Shown here in pieces: positions 39,235 through 52,900 of a DNA stretch of 64,000 nt; the first letter of the stretch is position 1; each line of letters begins with the position of its first letter. Where the stretch lies: assembly GCA_947631915.1 (NCBI GenBank), contig CANRNC010000002.1:56628-120627 (forward strand), written 5' to 3'. This DNA comes from an uncultured Clostridia bacterium. Its GTDB lineage: Bacteria; Bacillota; Clostridia; TANB77; CAG-508. The notes beneath the pieces are model-generated. The model ran no database searches. It was not told the origin of the DNA and was given only the letters and a program-made list of their open reading frames with translations. The position numbers and the translations under genes are program-made.

Positions 39235-41670
39235 TTAGTCGCTATTTTCTATCTTTACTTTTTCCTTTATCCAATTTCCATTTGTCGTTATAATTATTTC
39301 TCCGTTTTGGTCAGTTCTGTAAATTTTTACTTTCATATTTTCTAACCTGTTTATAACCTCTTGTCCTGGATGCCCAAATTTGTTATTCTTTCCTACACCG
39401 ATTAGTGCTATTTGTGGTTTTACAACATTTAAAAATTCTTGTGTTGAAGATGTATTTGAACCATGATGTGGAATTTTAAGAATTGTAGATTTTAATTCAT
39501 TTTTAGCAATCTCGACTAATCTTTCTTCTGCGCCTTTTTCTACATCTCCTGTAAATAAAATGCTGAAATTTTTATAGCATAATTTTGCTACAATTGAATT
39601 ATTGTTAATATCATCAAAGTATAATTTGCTTTCGGGGTAAATTATTTTAATTTCCACATTTTTATCCACATTTATCACATCACCTTTTTTTACGATAATT
39701 AAATTTATTTTTTTCTTTACTACTATTTCCATAATCTTTTCATAATTGTATACACTTTCTGCTTGTTTAGATATTATGATATTTTTAACTTTTATTGTAT
39801 CTAGCACAGCAATTAGTCCTTGACAATGGTCTGCATCAAAGTGGGAGATCATTATATAATCTAAATTTTTTATACCTCTATTTAATAAGTATGGAACTAG
39901 CGTATCTTTTCCCACATCATAGCTACTAGTTGTATCAGTCGAGCCTCCTCCATCTATTAATATTTTTTTGTTGTTTGGGGTTACTATTAGAGTAGAATCT
40001 CCTTGTCCTACATCTATAAAATATATTTCTAGAAATGTAGGTATTTTAATAAATTGATTACAAATTAGTGTTATTATTAATAAAATTACTAGTATTTTAT
40101 TAATTTGAATTTTGTCTTTGTATGTTGTGATTTTTAATTTATTTACGAAAATAATTAAATAATATAAGATAATTGATATGATACTGGGGGTTGTTATATA
40201 GATTTTTGATAATGGTATACTGCCAAATAATTTTGCAATGAGTATTAAGAGTTTCAATGGAATATCGAGTAAAATTGATAAAATATTTGATATTTCCATT
40301 GATATTAATGATAAGAATGAACAAATAAATCCTAAAATGATAACTATGCCTATAAGGTAGCTTACTATGATATTAGCAAATAAAAATGTTAAAGAGATTG
40401 TATGGAAGTTTAAAATCATTATTGGTATTATCATTGTTTGTGCAGATAAAATTACTGATATTGTTTCTATTATTTTTTTATTTAAATTAGTTTTGCTTAA
40501 TAATTTAATATAAAATCTATTTAGTACTAAAATTCCAATAACTCCTCCATAAGATAGTTGAAAACTAATACTATTTATATTATATGGGTTGTATATCAAT
40601 ATTATTAGCATTGAAAGACTTACACTATTTATGATATCTTTTTTTCTATAAAATAGACTTGCACCTAATGTAATAATCCCCATTATTCCTGCTCTTACAA
40701 CTGAAACAGAGGTGTTTGTTATTAGAATAAAAAATATTATACCTATTATTGCTAGAGTTTGTTTTTTTCTTGGACCTATATTAATTATATTTAATAAATA
40801 TGTAATTCCTAAAATAACATAGGACATGTGTGCACCTGATACTGCTAATATATGATAGATTCCACTATTTCTAAATTCATCTTTTGTTTCTTCGTCTATA
40901 TTTTGATTGTTTCCTAGTAATATTCCTGTTAATAGTCCTGCTTCTTTTGAAGGAAGTATTTTTTTTATATTTTTTTGAATATTATTACTTATTTTATGAG
41001 TTTGTAATTTTATAATATTTATATCTTGTTTTTTTAATATTTGTATTTTATTGCTAGTGCATTTTACTGTTCCATATATTTTTAAAGTCTTTAAGTATTC
41101 AGAATAATTAAAACCTTTATAGTTTCGTTGTATTTCTGGTGCACTATATTTTCCCTTGAATTTTATTTTGTCTCCGTATTCTAATTTTATTTTATAATTA
41201 TTTGGTATATTTAATTTTAATTTTATATTTTTGTATTTTTTATTTATGCTTTCTATTCTTATTGTATAGGTATCGCTATATTGTCCACTATTCACATCAC
41301 TAATTATTGTTCCTATATATGTTTGTTCTTCTGTTGACGTTTTATATATTTTTTCATATTTATTGTTTAAATATGATGTCATTATTCTTGATATAATCAT
41401 AAATACTATTAATGTTATTATTGCGATATCATAGTACGTCGTGCCCCTACACACTTTTATTTTTTGTTGTTTTACTTGATGCACTTGTTTTTGTATTTTC
41501 TCTTTCTTTTCGTCTATTACTACTGTATGTCCACGGCACAACGTGCTTTTATAAATACAATATAAAATAATTACAATTAAAATAACAGGAGCTATACTCT
41601 CTTTTAAGTATAGCTCCCAAATTATTCCTATTATATAACCTATGAGTGCAATTAATATTGGTCTTTTCAT
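39235..41670 (-). CDS. comEC: DNA internalization competence protein ComEC/Rec2
   Basis: HILAVSGAH, SVVRA, SFQLSY; beta-lactamase-like domain DVGQGD, SHFDADH, NNNS, PHHGS, FGHP, RTDQNG. Confidence 0.95.
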   Translation of the reverse strand: MKRPILIALIGYIIGIIWELYLKESIAPVILIVIILYCIYKSTLCRGHTVVIDEKKEKIQKQVHQVKQQKIKVCRGTTYYDIAIITLIVFMIISRIMTSYLNNKYEKIYKTSTEEQTYIGTIISDVNSGQYSDTYTIRIESINKKYKNIKLKLNIPNNYKIKLEYGDKIKFKGKYSAPEIQRNYKGFNYSEYLKTLKIYGTVKCTSNKIQILKKQDINIIKLQTHKISNNIQKNIKKILPSKEAGLLTGILLGNNQNIDEETKDEFRNSGIYHILAVSGAHMSYVILGITYLLNIINIGPRKKQTLAIIGIIFFILITNTSVSVVRAGIMGIITLGASLFYRKKDIINSVSLSMLIILIYNPYNINSISFQLSYGGVIGILVLNRFYIKLLSKTNLNKKIIETISVILSAQTMIIPIMILNFHTISLTFLFANIIVSYLIGIVIILGFICSFLSLISMEISNILSILLDIPLKLLILIAKLFGSIPLSKIYITTPSIISIILYYLIIFVNKLKITTYKDKIQINKILVILLIITLICNQFIKIPTFLEIYFIDVGQGDSTLIVTPNNKKILIDGGGSTDTTSSYDVGKDTLVPYLLNRGIKNLDYIMISHFDADHCQGLIAVLDTIKVKNIIISKQAESVYNYEKIMEIVVKKKINLIIVKKGDVINVDKNVEIKIIYPESKLYFDDINNNSIVAKLCYKNFSILFTGDVEKGAEERLVEIAKNELKSTILKIPHHGSNTSSTQEFLNVVKPQIALIGVGKNNKFGHPGQEVINRLENMKVKIYRTDQNGEIIITTNGNWIKEKVKIENSD

Positions 41671-41710
41671 TTTTACCTCTCAATTATTATATTGCCCCCT
41701 ATATTTTTTA

Positions 41711-41739
41711 AGGGGTACGTTTCAACGTACCCCCTTACA
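41711..41739 (-). repeat. REP-like hairpin/terminator after the NlpC/P60 gene
   Basis: GGGGTACGTT-TC-AACGTACCCC-CTTACA; same end motif as the REP family. Confidence 0.65.
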
Positions 41740-41742
41740 TTT

Positions 41743-42993
41743 CTAATTTGCTATTCTTCTTGCACATACATAAAAATATCCATCTCCATCTATGTTAGAT
41801 ATTATTACTCCTTTTCGTGTATTTGCAGAATGTATAAATTTTCCTCCACCGATATAAATACCTACGTGTGATACTCTCTTGCTACCACTAGATCCAGAGA
41901 AACATAGTATATCTCCTGCTTGTAAATTTGACTTACTTACTGCCACACCATCACTTGCTTGACTGCTACTTGAACGTGATAAAGAATAACCAAAGTGCTT
42001 ATAAACATATTGTGTAAATCCTGAACAATCAAATCCAGATGGAGTATTTCCTCCATGAACATATTTATATCCTAAATATTTTTTAGCATAGGCTACTATT
42101 TCAGATGTACTTGCATTTACTACTGTTTCTGTGTTCGTATTTGCTGTAGATGTAGTTTCTGTTGCTGTTTTATTTGTTGTAGTAGTTGCTGTTCTTCTTG
42201 ATGAGCTTCTTGATGTAGTTTCTATTTTAGTATCTGATATATATTTTGTTGCTACATATCCAACATTTCCTTGATATTCTATCTTAATCCAACCATTATT
42301 TTCTTCTAAAATTTCTACTTGATTATTTCTTGATAATGTTGAAATAATCTTTCCTGAAGATTCTGGTTGTTCTCTAAAGTTTACTGAATTAGCATTAATA
42401 TATCCAACTTTGTTTTTATTATCAGTTTCCTTTATTTTTTCTGTCCTTACCCATCCTTCAAAGCTACTTGAAGCCACATAAGACCAACCATTAAATTCTG
42501 TTATTACTTCTACATTTGCATCTTCTTCTAATATTTTTGTTGTATTAGAATTTATTAATGGTATTGTATATACCTTTTCACCTTTATTTATTACTTTAAC
42601 AGTATTTTCAACTGTTTCTTCATTCGTACCCACTTCTTCTTGAGGTTCATTATTATTTTCCTCTTCTGAAGTTTCATTTTCTTCACTTTGATTTGTTGTT
42701 AGAACTGTTTCGCCTTCTTTTAAAGTTATATAGTCTCCACTAACATAACCTTCATATTCTTCTTGCGTATTTACATCTGTATATTTTACTTTATACCAAC
42801 CATTTTCAGTACGTGTTAAAATTTCAACTTTATCATCTATTGAAAGTAATGTTATTATAGATGAATCTGTTGAGTTACTGCTTCTTAATCTTAATGTATC
42901 GGTATTAACAATTCCTGTAGTTCCAAAGCTATATGCTGCCATGCAACATATAATTAAGCCACAAAGTAAAGAAATTATTATACGTTTCTTCAA
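41743..42993 (-). CDS. SH3b-domain NlpC/P60 peptidoglycan endopeptidase
   Basis: Signal peptide; three SH3b-like repeats (GWYKV, GWSYV, GWIKI); GFDCSGFT and HVGIYIG.GKFIHSA. Confidence 0.93.
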   Translation of the reverse strand: MKKRIIISLLCGLIICCMAAYSFGTTGIVNTDTLRLRSSNSTDSSIITLLSIDDKVEILTRTENGWYKVKYTDVNTQEEYEGYVSGDYITLKEGETVLTTNQSEENETSEEENNNEPQEEVGTNEETVENTVKVINKGEKVYTIPLINSNTTKILEEDANVEVITEFNGWSYVASSSFEGWVRTEKIKETDNKNKVGYINANSVNFREQPESSGKIISTLSRNNQVEILEENNGWIKIEYQGNVGYVATKYISDTKIETTSRSSSRRTATTTTNKTATETTSTANTNTETVVNASTSEIVAYAKKYLGYKYVHGGNTPSGFDCSGFTQYVYKHFGYSLSRSSSSQASDGVAVSKSNLQAGDILCFSGSSGSKRVSHVGIYIGGGKFIHSANTRKGVIISNIDGDGYFYVCARRIAN

Positions 42994-43027
42994 AATATCA
43001 CCCCTAAAAATTTATCACGCATTTATT

Positions 43028-43056
43028 ATTATACGCTTATTATTTTTATTTGTCAA
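43028..43056 (-). promoter_or_regulatory. sigma-A promoter of the NlpC/P60 gene
   Basis: TTGACA-17 nt-TATAAT, a perfect consensus. Confidence 0.75.
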
Positions 43057-43205
43057 ATTTTGGACATTAGTTGGAATTTCTCTTTTGTTTTTATCGATGT
43101 AATTTCTTGTTCAAGCTTGTTAATATTCTGTTGATTTATTAGTTAAATTAATGTATTATAGTAATTAAGTTTTAACTACATAATGTATAATAGAAAGGAG
43201 TTAAT

Positions 43206-43883
43206 ATGAAAACATATATTGGAATAATTGTTGCAGAAGTTCAAGAAATGGATGCTGTAAAGGAATTGATGTATGACATACATGAAATAAATATATATAA
43301 TTTAAAAATTTTTGATGGTAAAATTGCAAATAAAAATTGCTTACTTGTTAGATGTGGTGTAGGAAAAGTAAATTCTGCTAGAACAACTCAAATATTAACT
43401 GACAAATTTGATTTAGAGTATGTTATTAATCTTGGCTCTGCTGGTGCTTTAAATGATGATTTGAATATAGGAGACATTGTGCTTGGCAAAAAATTAGTTC
43501 AACATGATTTTGACGTTACAGCTTTTGGTCGTGAAAAGGGTTATATCCCCGATACTGCAAAATTTTTTGAGAGCGATAATAATTTATTAAAAAAGTTTCA
43601 GAGTATAAAAATTGATAATCAAAAAGTTTTAGTTGGGGTAATTTCTTCTGGAGATATATTTTGTACTGATACTAAAATGAAAGAAAAAATCCGAAAGAAT
43701 TTTAATGCTGATTGTGTTGAAATGGAAGGGGCAGCTGTAGCACAAGTTTGTTCTTTGAATAATGTACCATTTATAGTTGTTCGTTCTATTTCAGATACAC
43801 CTAATGGTAATAATCAGATTGATTTTCAAGAGTATTTAAAAATTGCCTCAAGAAATTGTGCTAATTTTATAAAACAATTATAA
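43206..43883 (+). CDS. mtnN: 5'-methylthioadenosine/S-adenosylhomocysteine nucleosidase
   Basis: GVGKVNSA, INLGSAG, QHDFD, SGDIF, EMEGAAVAQV, RSISD motifs. Confidence 0.96.
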   Translation: MKTYIGIIVAEVQEMDAVKELMYDIHEINIYNLKIFDGKIANKNCLLVRCGVGKVNSARTTQILTDKFDLEYVINLGSAGALNDDLNIGDIVLGKKLVQHDFDVTAFGREKGYIPDTAKFFESDNNLLKKFQSIKIDNQKVLVGVISSGDIFCTDTKMKEKIRKNFNADCVEMEGAAVAQVCSLNNVPFIVVRSISDTPNGNNQIDFQEYLKIASRNCANFIKQL

Positions 43884-43898
43884 ATTTTTTTAAAATAT

Positions 43899-43927
43899 GG
43901 GACGTGCTTTGCACGTCCCTTTGTTTT
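43899..43927. terminator. Hairpin between convergent mtnN and the second giant gene
   Basis: GGGACGTGC-TTT-GCACGTCCC followed by TTTGTTTT. Confidence 0.7.
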
Positions 43928-46900
43928 ATTTATTTAGGAATTTTATGTCTTTTATACTTGGCTCTTTTCCTTTTCTTGGTGCTACCGCAAACATTAAATA
44001 TCCACTTATTATGTATGATATTGTTAACATTACTAGGATTATTATACTTACTGTTTCTCCTGTCTTTATACTTATTACTATTGTTGCCTCTGATTTATCA
44101 TCTTCTTTGCTTATGTCTTTATAGTTTGCTTCATTTATTCCTTCTTTTAGTTCTGCTTTGTTTGATTTTGAGCCTAGGTTTTCTTCACTGTTTTCCCATA
44201 TTAATGTTACTGTTAATTCTTTGCTTTCTCCTATCTCTAACTCTACTTCTGCTTCTAATGTTCCGTCTCCATTTTCTTTCCAGTAATCTGGTACTATTAA
44301 TGCTTTGTATCCTTCTGGTAATTTGTCTACTACTTTTACTGTTCCTGATAGCTCTCCTTCATTTGTTACCTTTATCTTGTAATCTGCTATTATACTTGTA
44401 TTCTCTATCTCTGATGGTTTTATTTCTATTTTTGCTAATTGATTATCTTTTATTTTTACTTCTTTTCCATTTACTGTTACTTTTTCTAGTGTCTTTTCTA
44501 TTGAGAAGTTAAATTTCTGTTTTCTATAATAGTAGATTACTTCGTCTTCTCCTTCTTTTATTGTTCCTTTTGTGTTTTCTGTACTTCTTACATATATATA
44601 GTATGGTATTTCTTTTTGCTCTGTTTCGTATTCTTCTCCTATGTTTCCAGTTATCTCATATGTATAGTTTGTTATAGTAGAATCTTCAGGGTTTATTTTT
44701 TCTATGTCTTTTTCTGTGTCTTGGTCTACATACCTTACTACTATTTTTCCTGTTTCAAGTTTTTCATATACATAGATTACTACTGTTTCTTCTTCTTTTA
44801 TTGTTCCTTCTTCTTTTCCTTTTACTTCTACAAGTTTATAGTTTTCTATTTCTATTTCCTCTGTTTTATAGCTTTCTCCTATCTTTCCTTTTATTATCTT
44901 GTCTTCTTCTATTTTATTTCCTTCTTTGTCCTGATATTTTACTGTTACTGTTCCTTCTGTTACTTCTGGTTCTGTTTCTTCTTTCTTGTAGTTTAGTTTT
45001 ATTTCTTTTTCTCCTTCTTCTATTGTTCCTGTAGCTTTTCCTTCGTCTATGTATTCATATCCTTCTATTTCTTTTATTTCTGCGTTATATGTACTTCCTA
45101 CTTTTCCTACTATTTCTTGTTTCTCTTGTGTTATGTATTTTCCTGTGTCTTTGTCTACATATCTTATTATTACTTTTCCTTCTACATTTATTTTTGTTTC
45201 AAAACTTGCTGTTGCTTCGTCTGTTTCTTCTGTCTCATCTAATTCCACTTTTCCTTTTACTGTATTTATCATCTTTTCTTGTGTTAGGTCTATGTCTTTA
45301 TATACTACCTCTATTTCTTTGCTTATGCCTATAGCAAATACTTTTCCATTTTCTCCTTCTTGCATTTCTCCTATACTTGTTTCATTTTTATTTTCTCCTG
45401 TGTCTGTATTTATCTGTTTTATTTCTTCTTCCCATGTTATTGTATTTGTTGCTTCATCATATGTTCCTCCTGCTAATTTTGATGCGTTTTTATCTATTTC
45501 GTATGGTAATGTATCTACTATTTCTATTCTTCCTTCTCCTGTGTAGTTTGATATCTCTGAATTAAAGTCTATTTTATAGTTTACTTTGTCACCTTTACTT
45601 GTTATTTCTTCTGTTCCTGTTTTTCTTATTTTTACTTTTAAATCTGTTTCTCTATAATCTTGTTTTAATGTTACTTCGTCTTGTTTTTCTGCTGTTACAA
45701 ATTCTTGTCCTGCTTGTTCTTCTATGTATTTTTCTGGATAATATGTTTTTGTTGTTCCCTTTACTTTATTTACTAATTCTTCTGTTCCTTCTTGGTTCGT
45801 ATACACTACCTTTATTTGTTTTGTTATGTGTACTACATATGTGTCTTCTTCAAATTCACCTATGTTTTCTTGTGGATCTCCTACTTTACCTACTGTTTTT
45901 GTAAATGTGTTTATATCTTCTATTTCTTGTGTCCATGTTATTGTGTTATCTTCTGGATTATATGTTCCTTCATCTTTTTCTAATTTTGATTCATCTATTT
46001 CCGCTGGTAATGTGTCTACTATCTCTATTGTTGCTTTTCCTATGTAGTCTTTTATTTTTACATCACACTCTATCGTATATTCTACTTCTCCGTTTTCTTT
46101 TGTTAATACTGCTTGTCCTTCTTCATCCACTATGTTTGCTTCTACTGTCTTTTCTATTTCGTTTTCTACTGTTGGTTTTGTTAGTTTATAATAGTATTTT
46201 ACTTCTATTGGTTCTTCACCATATGTTCCTGTCTTTTCTGCTGGGTCTACACATGTGTAGTTTGCTGGTATTTCACTTAATGGACTTGCTGTATAGCTCT
46301 CTCCTACTATTCCTTTCTTTGTTTCTTTTTCTACTAGCTCTACTTCTGTGTATTTGTCTTCATCTCTTTCTGCTTCTTCATTATAGATGTAGTGATGTAC
46401 TATTACTTCTGCTGGTATTTGTATTGTTGTTTCTTTTTGTGTTGTTTTTTCCTCTGTTTTTACTGTTTCTGTTTGATCTGGAATTTCTTCATCTTCTTCT
46501 AGTAATTCTATTGTAGATGATACATTGTTTACTATTGGTTCTTTTATGTTTGCTATTCCTGTATAATCATATTTTACACTTATTTGTTTTGTTATTGTTA
46601 TTGTGTGTTCTTGCCAATTACTAAATGTGTCTATGTCTTGTATTTCTTCTTCCCATGTTATTGTATGCTTTTCAGGGTCGTATTCATATTCTTCTTCCCC
46701 TAAGTCTGAATTATCTTCATCTATTGGCAATGGTAGAGTATCTACTAGAGTTACTTTTGCTTTTCCTTGGAAATAGTTTATTTTTGCATTAAATTGTATT
46801 TGGTAATCTACATTTTCTTCTTTTGATGTTATTGTTTCTGGTCCTGTTTTTGTTAATTCACTTGTTAATTGTGCTTGTGGTTTTTTGTATTCGTTTTGAG

Positions 46901-49900
46901 TCTTATTTGTTTCTGCTTCTTCCACAGTTGCTTTGTTTTCTATTGTATAGTCTTTTTGGGCATATTTTACTTCTACTGTGAAGCTTACTTCTGCACTTCC
47001 TTCTACAGCTATTTGTGGAATAGTCCAAGTTATTTCTCCGTCTACTTCTTCTCCGTCGTTTCCTATTTCTACTACTTTTGTTCCTTGTGGTACTTCATCT
47101 TTTACTATTACGTTTTGTGCTTCTATCTCTCCTTTGTTTTCTACATGTATTGTGTATTTTATTTTATCTCCTGCTGTTACTTGTTCTGTTTCTAGTTTGC
47201 TTTCTGTTATGCTTTCTTCTTCTAAACCTTCTACTTGTCTTCTTTCTACTACTGCTGTTTTTGTAGAGCTTAATGGTGGCATGTCCATTGTACTATATAA
47301 TTCTAATGTTGGTATTATGTCTGCTTGTATTCCTACTCCTACATTTTCTTTTGTCCAGTCTTTTTCACTTGGTGTCGTTTCTGGTTCTAGTGATAATACT
47401 AACTCTCCTCCATCTTCTAAACTCATTACTGACGTTCTATATGCACTCATTCCATCAGGTATTGTTCCTATTAATTTTCCGCTACGCTTTGTTGCTGACG
47501 ATCCTCCTATTGCTGTTTGTCCTTCTATTACTGGTGATTCTGAATTTGGATTATTCTCTTGACCTATAGTTAATGTTCCATTATTTTGTATTACTGTTCC
47601 ATTTGCATTCTTTATGGTTGATGTAGTTGATGAACTACTTGCATCTGTCTCTTCAAAGTCTATTATTGTTAAGATTCCACTGTTTGTTATTGCAACCTCT
47701 GTGTTTTTGTATTCTATTGTATGTCCCTGTAATGCTAATGTTATATTTGCTCCTGCTGGTATTGTTACCTCTTCACTCATATTTGAAATGTCTTGACAGA
47801 TTTTAATTGTTCCTGTCTTATTATCCATATTTGATATTACACTTATTGCTGTTGATAGTTTATCATAGTAAATGTTTTCTACTTGGATTAATCCTTCAAA
47901 TTCTGAATCTAGTTCTAATGTTGCTGTTTTCATTGAATTTTCATATTTTAGTTTATATGAATATGGTTTATCACTTATTTGACCTGATATTGCTGATGTT
48001 TCTCCTTTTATTACTCCATCATAGAAGTTAAATGTCCCACTATTGCTTACCCCGTATGTTTTTCCTGTTATTACTGGTGAGTCTATATTTACTTCTCCTT
48101 CGTTGTTTCCTATAGTTAATGTTCTTCCATTGGAAATTCCTATTCCATTTTCTGATGTTATGGTTCCTCCTAATATTGTTGCTGTTGCAGAATTAGATAT
48201 TGTTCCATATGATGTTGATGTTCCTTTTGAAGTTATAGTTCCTCCTGTTATTGTTAATATTCCGTTACTACTATTAGATATCGCAGAACTACTTGTTGAA
48301 GTTGAACTTATATTTCCTGCACTTATATTTACAGTTCCTTTGCTGTTGCTTATCGCATAGTAATTTGAAGTTATTGTACTTCCTGTTATATTTATTGTTC
48401 CAGTACTACCATTAGATATTGTTGTTGATGAACTTGATATTACACTTCCTTCTCTTATTTCGACTGTTCCAGTAGATTTATTATATATTGCAGAATTAGA
48501 TGATGAAATATCTCCTCCTTCTATTGTTATAGTTCCTGAATTATTATTATAAATACCATATTCTCCACTTATTGTTCCACCTTCTACATTTACCTTTCCT
48601 TCTACATTGTTATAAATTCCATATGTATAACTTCCAGTTTCAGATATATTTCCTTCTTTCATTATTATAGTTCCTGTTCCATCATTATATATTCCATATC
48701 TTTTTACATTTGAGCCATTTGTATTATTTATATTTATACTTCCGCTTTTGAAAGTCATTGTTCCACTTTCTGTATTATGTATTCCATATATATTTCTATA
48801 TTCACTTGATGAGCCTGATGCTGTATTCTCTATATTAATATTTCCTCCGTTTATTTCTAATGTTCCTTTATTTTCAATACAACTTGTTGGGTTATTGGAT
48901 AATATATCTGTTTTTAGTGTTAATGTGCCTTCAGTCTCATTATTTAATATATTTGAACCATATGCAATTATTTGCCCTTTTCCTTCATCTTCTGTTTCAT
49001 CTATTATGGTTAATGTTCCATTATTTGTTATTGTATTTTCAGTTACGAATGATAATATTTTCTTTCCATTTAAGTTTAAAGTTATATTTTTTCCATTTTC
49101 TACTGTTGTAGTTCTTACTAATGTTATATCTTTATTAATAAATATTGTTTCTCCACCGTTACATGCATCTATTGCAGATTGCAAAGTGTTATAATGTGTT
49201 TCCTTACCATCTATATATGCTATATCATCTTGATTTCCTAATTTGGCTTGTTCGCCTTCTTCTACTTTTGTTAATACAATATCACTATTTTCCTTTACTT
49301 CATTTATTACTCCTACTATTGCTTCTGTTCCTCCTGTTATTGTTCCTTCATAATATTTTAGAGTTCCTACAGCGTTATTTAATCCAGTTGTTCCTCCTGT
49401 TATATTTAATTCATCTATTTCTTCATTCTTCTTACCTATCTCTATTGTTCCTATGTTGTTATAAATTCCACATGATTTTAAATCAGTTTTTGTAGATTTT
49501 CCTGATATTTTTCCTCCTTCAATTTGGATATTTCCTTTATTATTATATATTCCATATGAAACTATACTTGTAGAAGTAGCTGATGTATTAGTCATTTCAG
49601 AAGTTATAGTTCCTCCTTTTATAATTATAGTTCCTCCTTCTGTATTATTAATTCCATAACTTAATGAATTGCTAACTGCCTTTATTTCCCCTTCTTCTAT
49701 TGTTATAGTTCCAGAAGAACTGTTGTATATTGCATAACAACTTGAGCTACTTTGGTTTGCTGTGATTGTTCCTCCTGTAATACTTATGTTTCCTATACCT
49801 CTATTATATATTCCATAATAATCCCCTGAAATTTTTCCATTTTCTATTGTAATACTTCCTCCAGATACATTCTCTATTCCGGTACTTGCTACTATCTCTC

Positions 49901-52900
49901 CATTTTTTATTACTATATTTCCTGCTTCATTATTATATATTCCATAATATAGTTTATTACTACTATTGCCTATTTTTGCTTCATTATTTATCTCTATGTC
50001 TCCTGTACTATTATTATATATTCCATAACTACCAAAATTTGATCTTTTAACTGCATTAATATTTCCTCCATTTACTATTATTTTTCCTGCTCCATTATTA
50101 TATATTCCATATGCATCATATGCTTGTGAAAACACTTCTTCATTTTCTATTGTTATATCATTTGCCCCATTATGATAAATCCCATATGCTGCATTACCAC
50201 CTACTTTTAATGATATATTGCCTTCTTTTACTGTCATACTTCCATTTTCTTCATTCCAAATTCCACAGTAGTAACCTCTAGTACCCGTTCCATTTATCGT
50301 TGTACTTGTTATGCTGGAATTTCCTTTATTATATATTCCATATGAATATTGACCATTTGTTGCTGAATTTGTTAAATTTATAGTTCCTCCTGTTGTTTGT
50401 AATTCTCCATTATTTTCAATTGCTTTTCCTTCAGAAGTTAATGTTATTATTCCACTTTCTATTTTTAAAGTTCCTGATTCATTATTTAATATTATAGCTC
50501 CTTTGCTTCCTATTATAGTTCCAGTCCCAACTTCAGTTTCAATTTTTGAACTATCTTTTACTGTTAGATGTCCGTTATTCTCTATTACATTCTCATTTGA
50601 TGCTGTTATTGTATATCCTGCTAAATCTAATATAATATTTTTACCATTTTCAATTTCTAGTGGTTCTATATTTTCACCTATTGAAACATTTGCTAATAAT
50701 GTTATTGTAGTTTCTTCTTCACCTGTAATTGCTTCTAGTGCTTTTGGTAATGATGTATATTCTGTATCTTCTATAGTACTAGAACTTACTTTTGCTACAT
50801 TTACCACCTCTAATACTGAAATTTCTTTTCCTTCTTCAACTTCATATTTGCCTGCTTGTTCATGTGTATATTTTACAATACTATATTCCTCTTCTTTGTC
50901 TGATACTGCACCATTTATTGATTTATTTTCTCTACCTATTATTCTTCCATCGTAAAAATTGAATATTCCATTTTGAGAATTATCTATCCCATACGAACCA
51001 GAAGATGTACATTCTATAACTGGTGCATCTGTATTTACTTCTCCATTTTTTTCTCCTAATGTTATTTTTCCTGTCGCATTACTATTTTTTATTCCATAAC
51101 TACTTCCACTTATGCTACCTCCTGTTATTGTTACTGTTCCAGAATTTGATATTCCTCCTGTTATAGTTCCTCCTGTCATTGACATAGTTCCTGAATTCGA
51201 TATTTCACTACATTTTATATCTCCACTTTCTATTGTTATAGTTCCTGTACCTTTATTGTATATTCCATATCTGTAGCCAGAACCTTCTGCCGTTATAGTA
51301 CCTCCTTTTAAAATTGCACTTCCGGTACCTTCATTATATATTACATATCCATAAGCAGAACCCCATCCAACATTGTACCCTGTTACTTTTATATTTCCAT
51401 TTGTCACAATTATTGTTCCCTCTCCCTTATTATAGATACCATATACATCACTTCCTGGAATTGAAGATACATTTCCTCCCTCTACTTTTATTTCTCCTGT
51501 AACTTTATTATAAATTCCATATTTATAATTAGAAATAGTTCCTCCTTGGATTATTATATTTCCTGTACCTTCATTGTATATTCCATATATAGTTCCACTT
51601 CCTCCTGTTCCATCTATAGTTCCGTTTTTTATAGTTATATTTTCTGTTCCTGTATTATAAATTCCATATGTGCAAGCACTTATACTTATATTATTTATGG
51701 TTACATTACCATTATCTATATTGTTTATTCCATATGTATATGATGTATTTGTTAATGCTGTTGATGATAGTTTTCCTCCTTCTGTTTCTATAGTTCCTTT
51801 ATTTGTAATACATGTTGCATTCATTCCATTTGCTATTATTGAACTACTTTCTATTCTTAATGTTCCATTTGCTTCATTATTTAATATTGTTGAACTGTAC
51901 CCAGATATTTGTCCTTCTTCTGTTTCATCTTTTATTGTTAATTGTCCATTATTTGTTATCGCACTATCAGTTGCATATGTTTTTATGCTTTTTCCATTTA
52001 GGCTTAAAGTTATGTTTTGATTTTCTGCTATTGTTTTTCCTACTATCATAGTACTGTTTTTAGCTAAGACTATTGTTTTTTGTTCTGTGCTACATGCATT
52101 TATTGCAGATTGTAAATCATCATATAATTCATCTTGATTTCCTTCTATATATGCTATACCAGTTTGATGTTCTAGTGTTGCCTGTTCTCCTTTTTCTATA
52201 TCTCCTAATTCTATATTATATCCTTCTTTTACTTCATTTATTGTTCCTTGTATTGCTTCAGTTCCGCCTACTATTGTTCCTTTATAAAAATTTAAAGTTC
52301 CAGAAGGATTATATACTCCATAGCTTTTAGCTGAACTTGCTTTTCCTGCTGTTGTTGTTACACTTGCTGTAATATTTATTGAATTATCATGTACATCTTC
52401 ACTTACTAAAGCAACTTCTAAATACTCTTGTTCTTCATTTTTTTCTCCTATATTTATTGTTCCAGTACTATTATTATATACTCCATATGCTGACCAACTT
52501 GTTGATGTTGTATCTACTTTTATTGTTCCGCTTCTTAAATTTATAGTTCCTATTCCATAATTATATATTCCATAAGCATCACTTCCATTTGTTACATTTA
52601 TGTTTACATCCTCTAATGTAACTTCTCCTCCAGAAGTAGCTCTATCTGAGTTATCTATTCCTCTTTCAGTTGCTGTAATTGTAGTTCCTTTTATAGTAGT
52701 TTTAGAATCTGTACCGCTATTGTATACTCCTTTTCTGGTTTCTGAAATGCTTCCTCCTTCTACTTCTATAGTACCGTTATTATAAATTCCAGAACTTCCT
52801 CCACTTATTGTTGTATCTGTTATTTTCATATTCCCTGAAGAGTTATTATATATTCCATAATATGTAGATGTTATATCTGCTTCATCAATTGTGATAGTTC

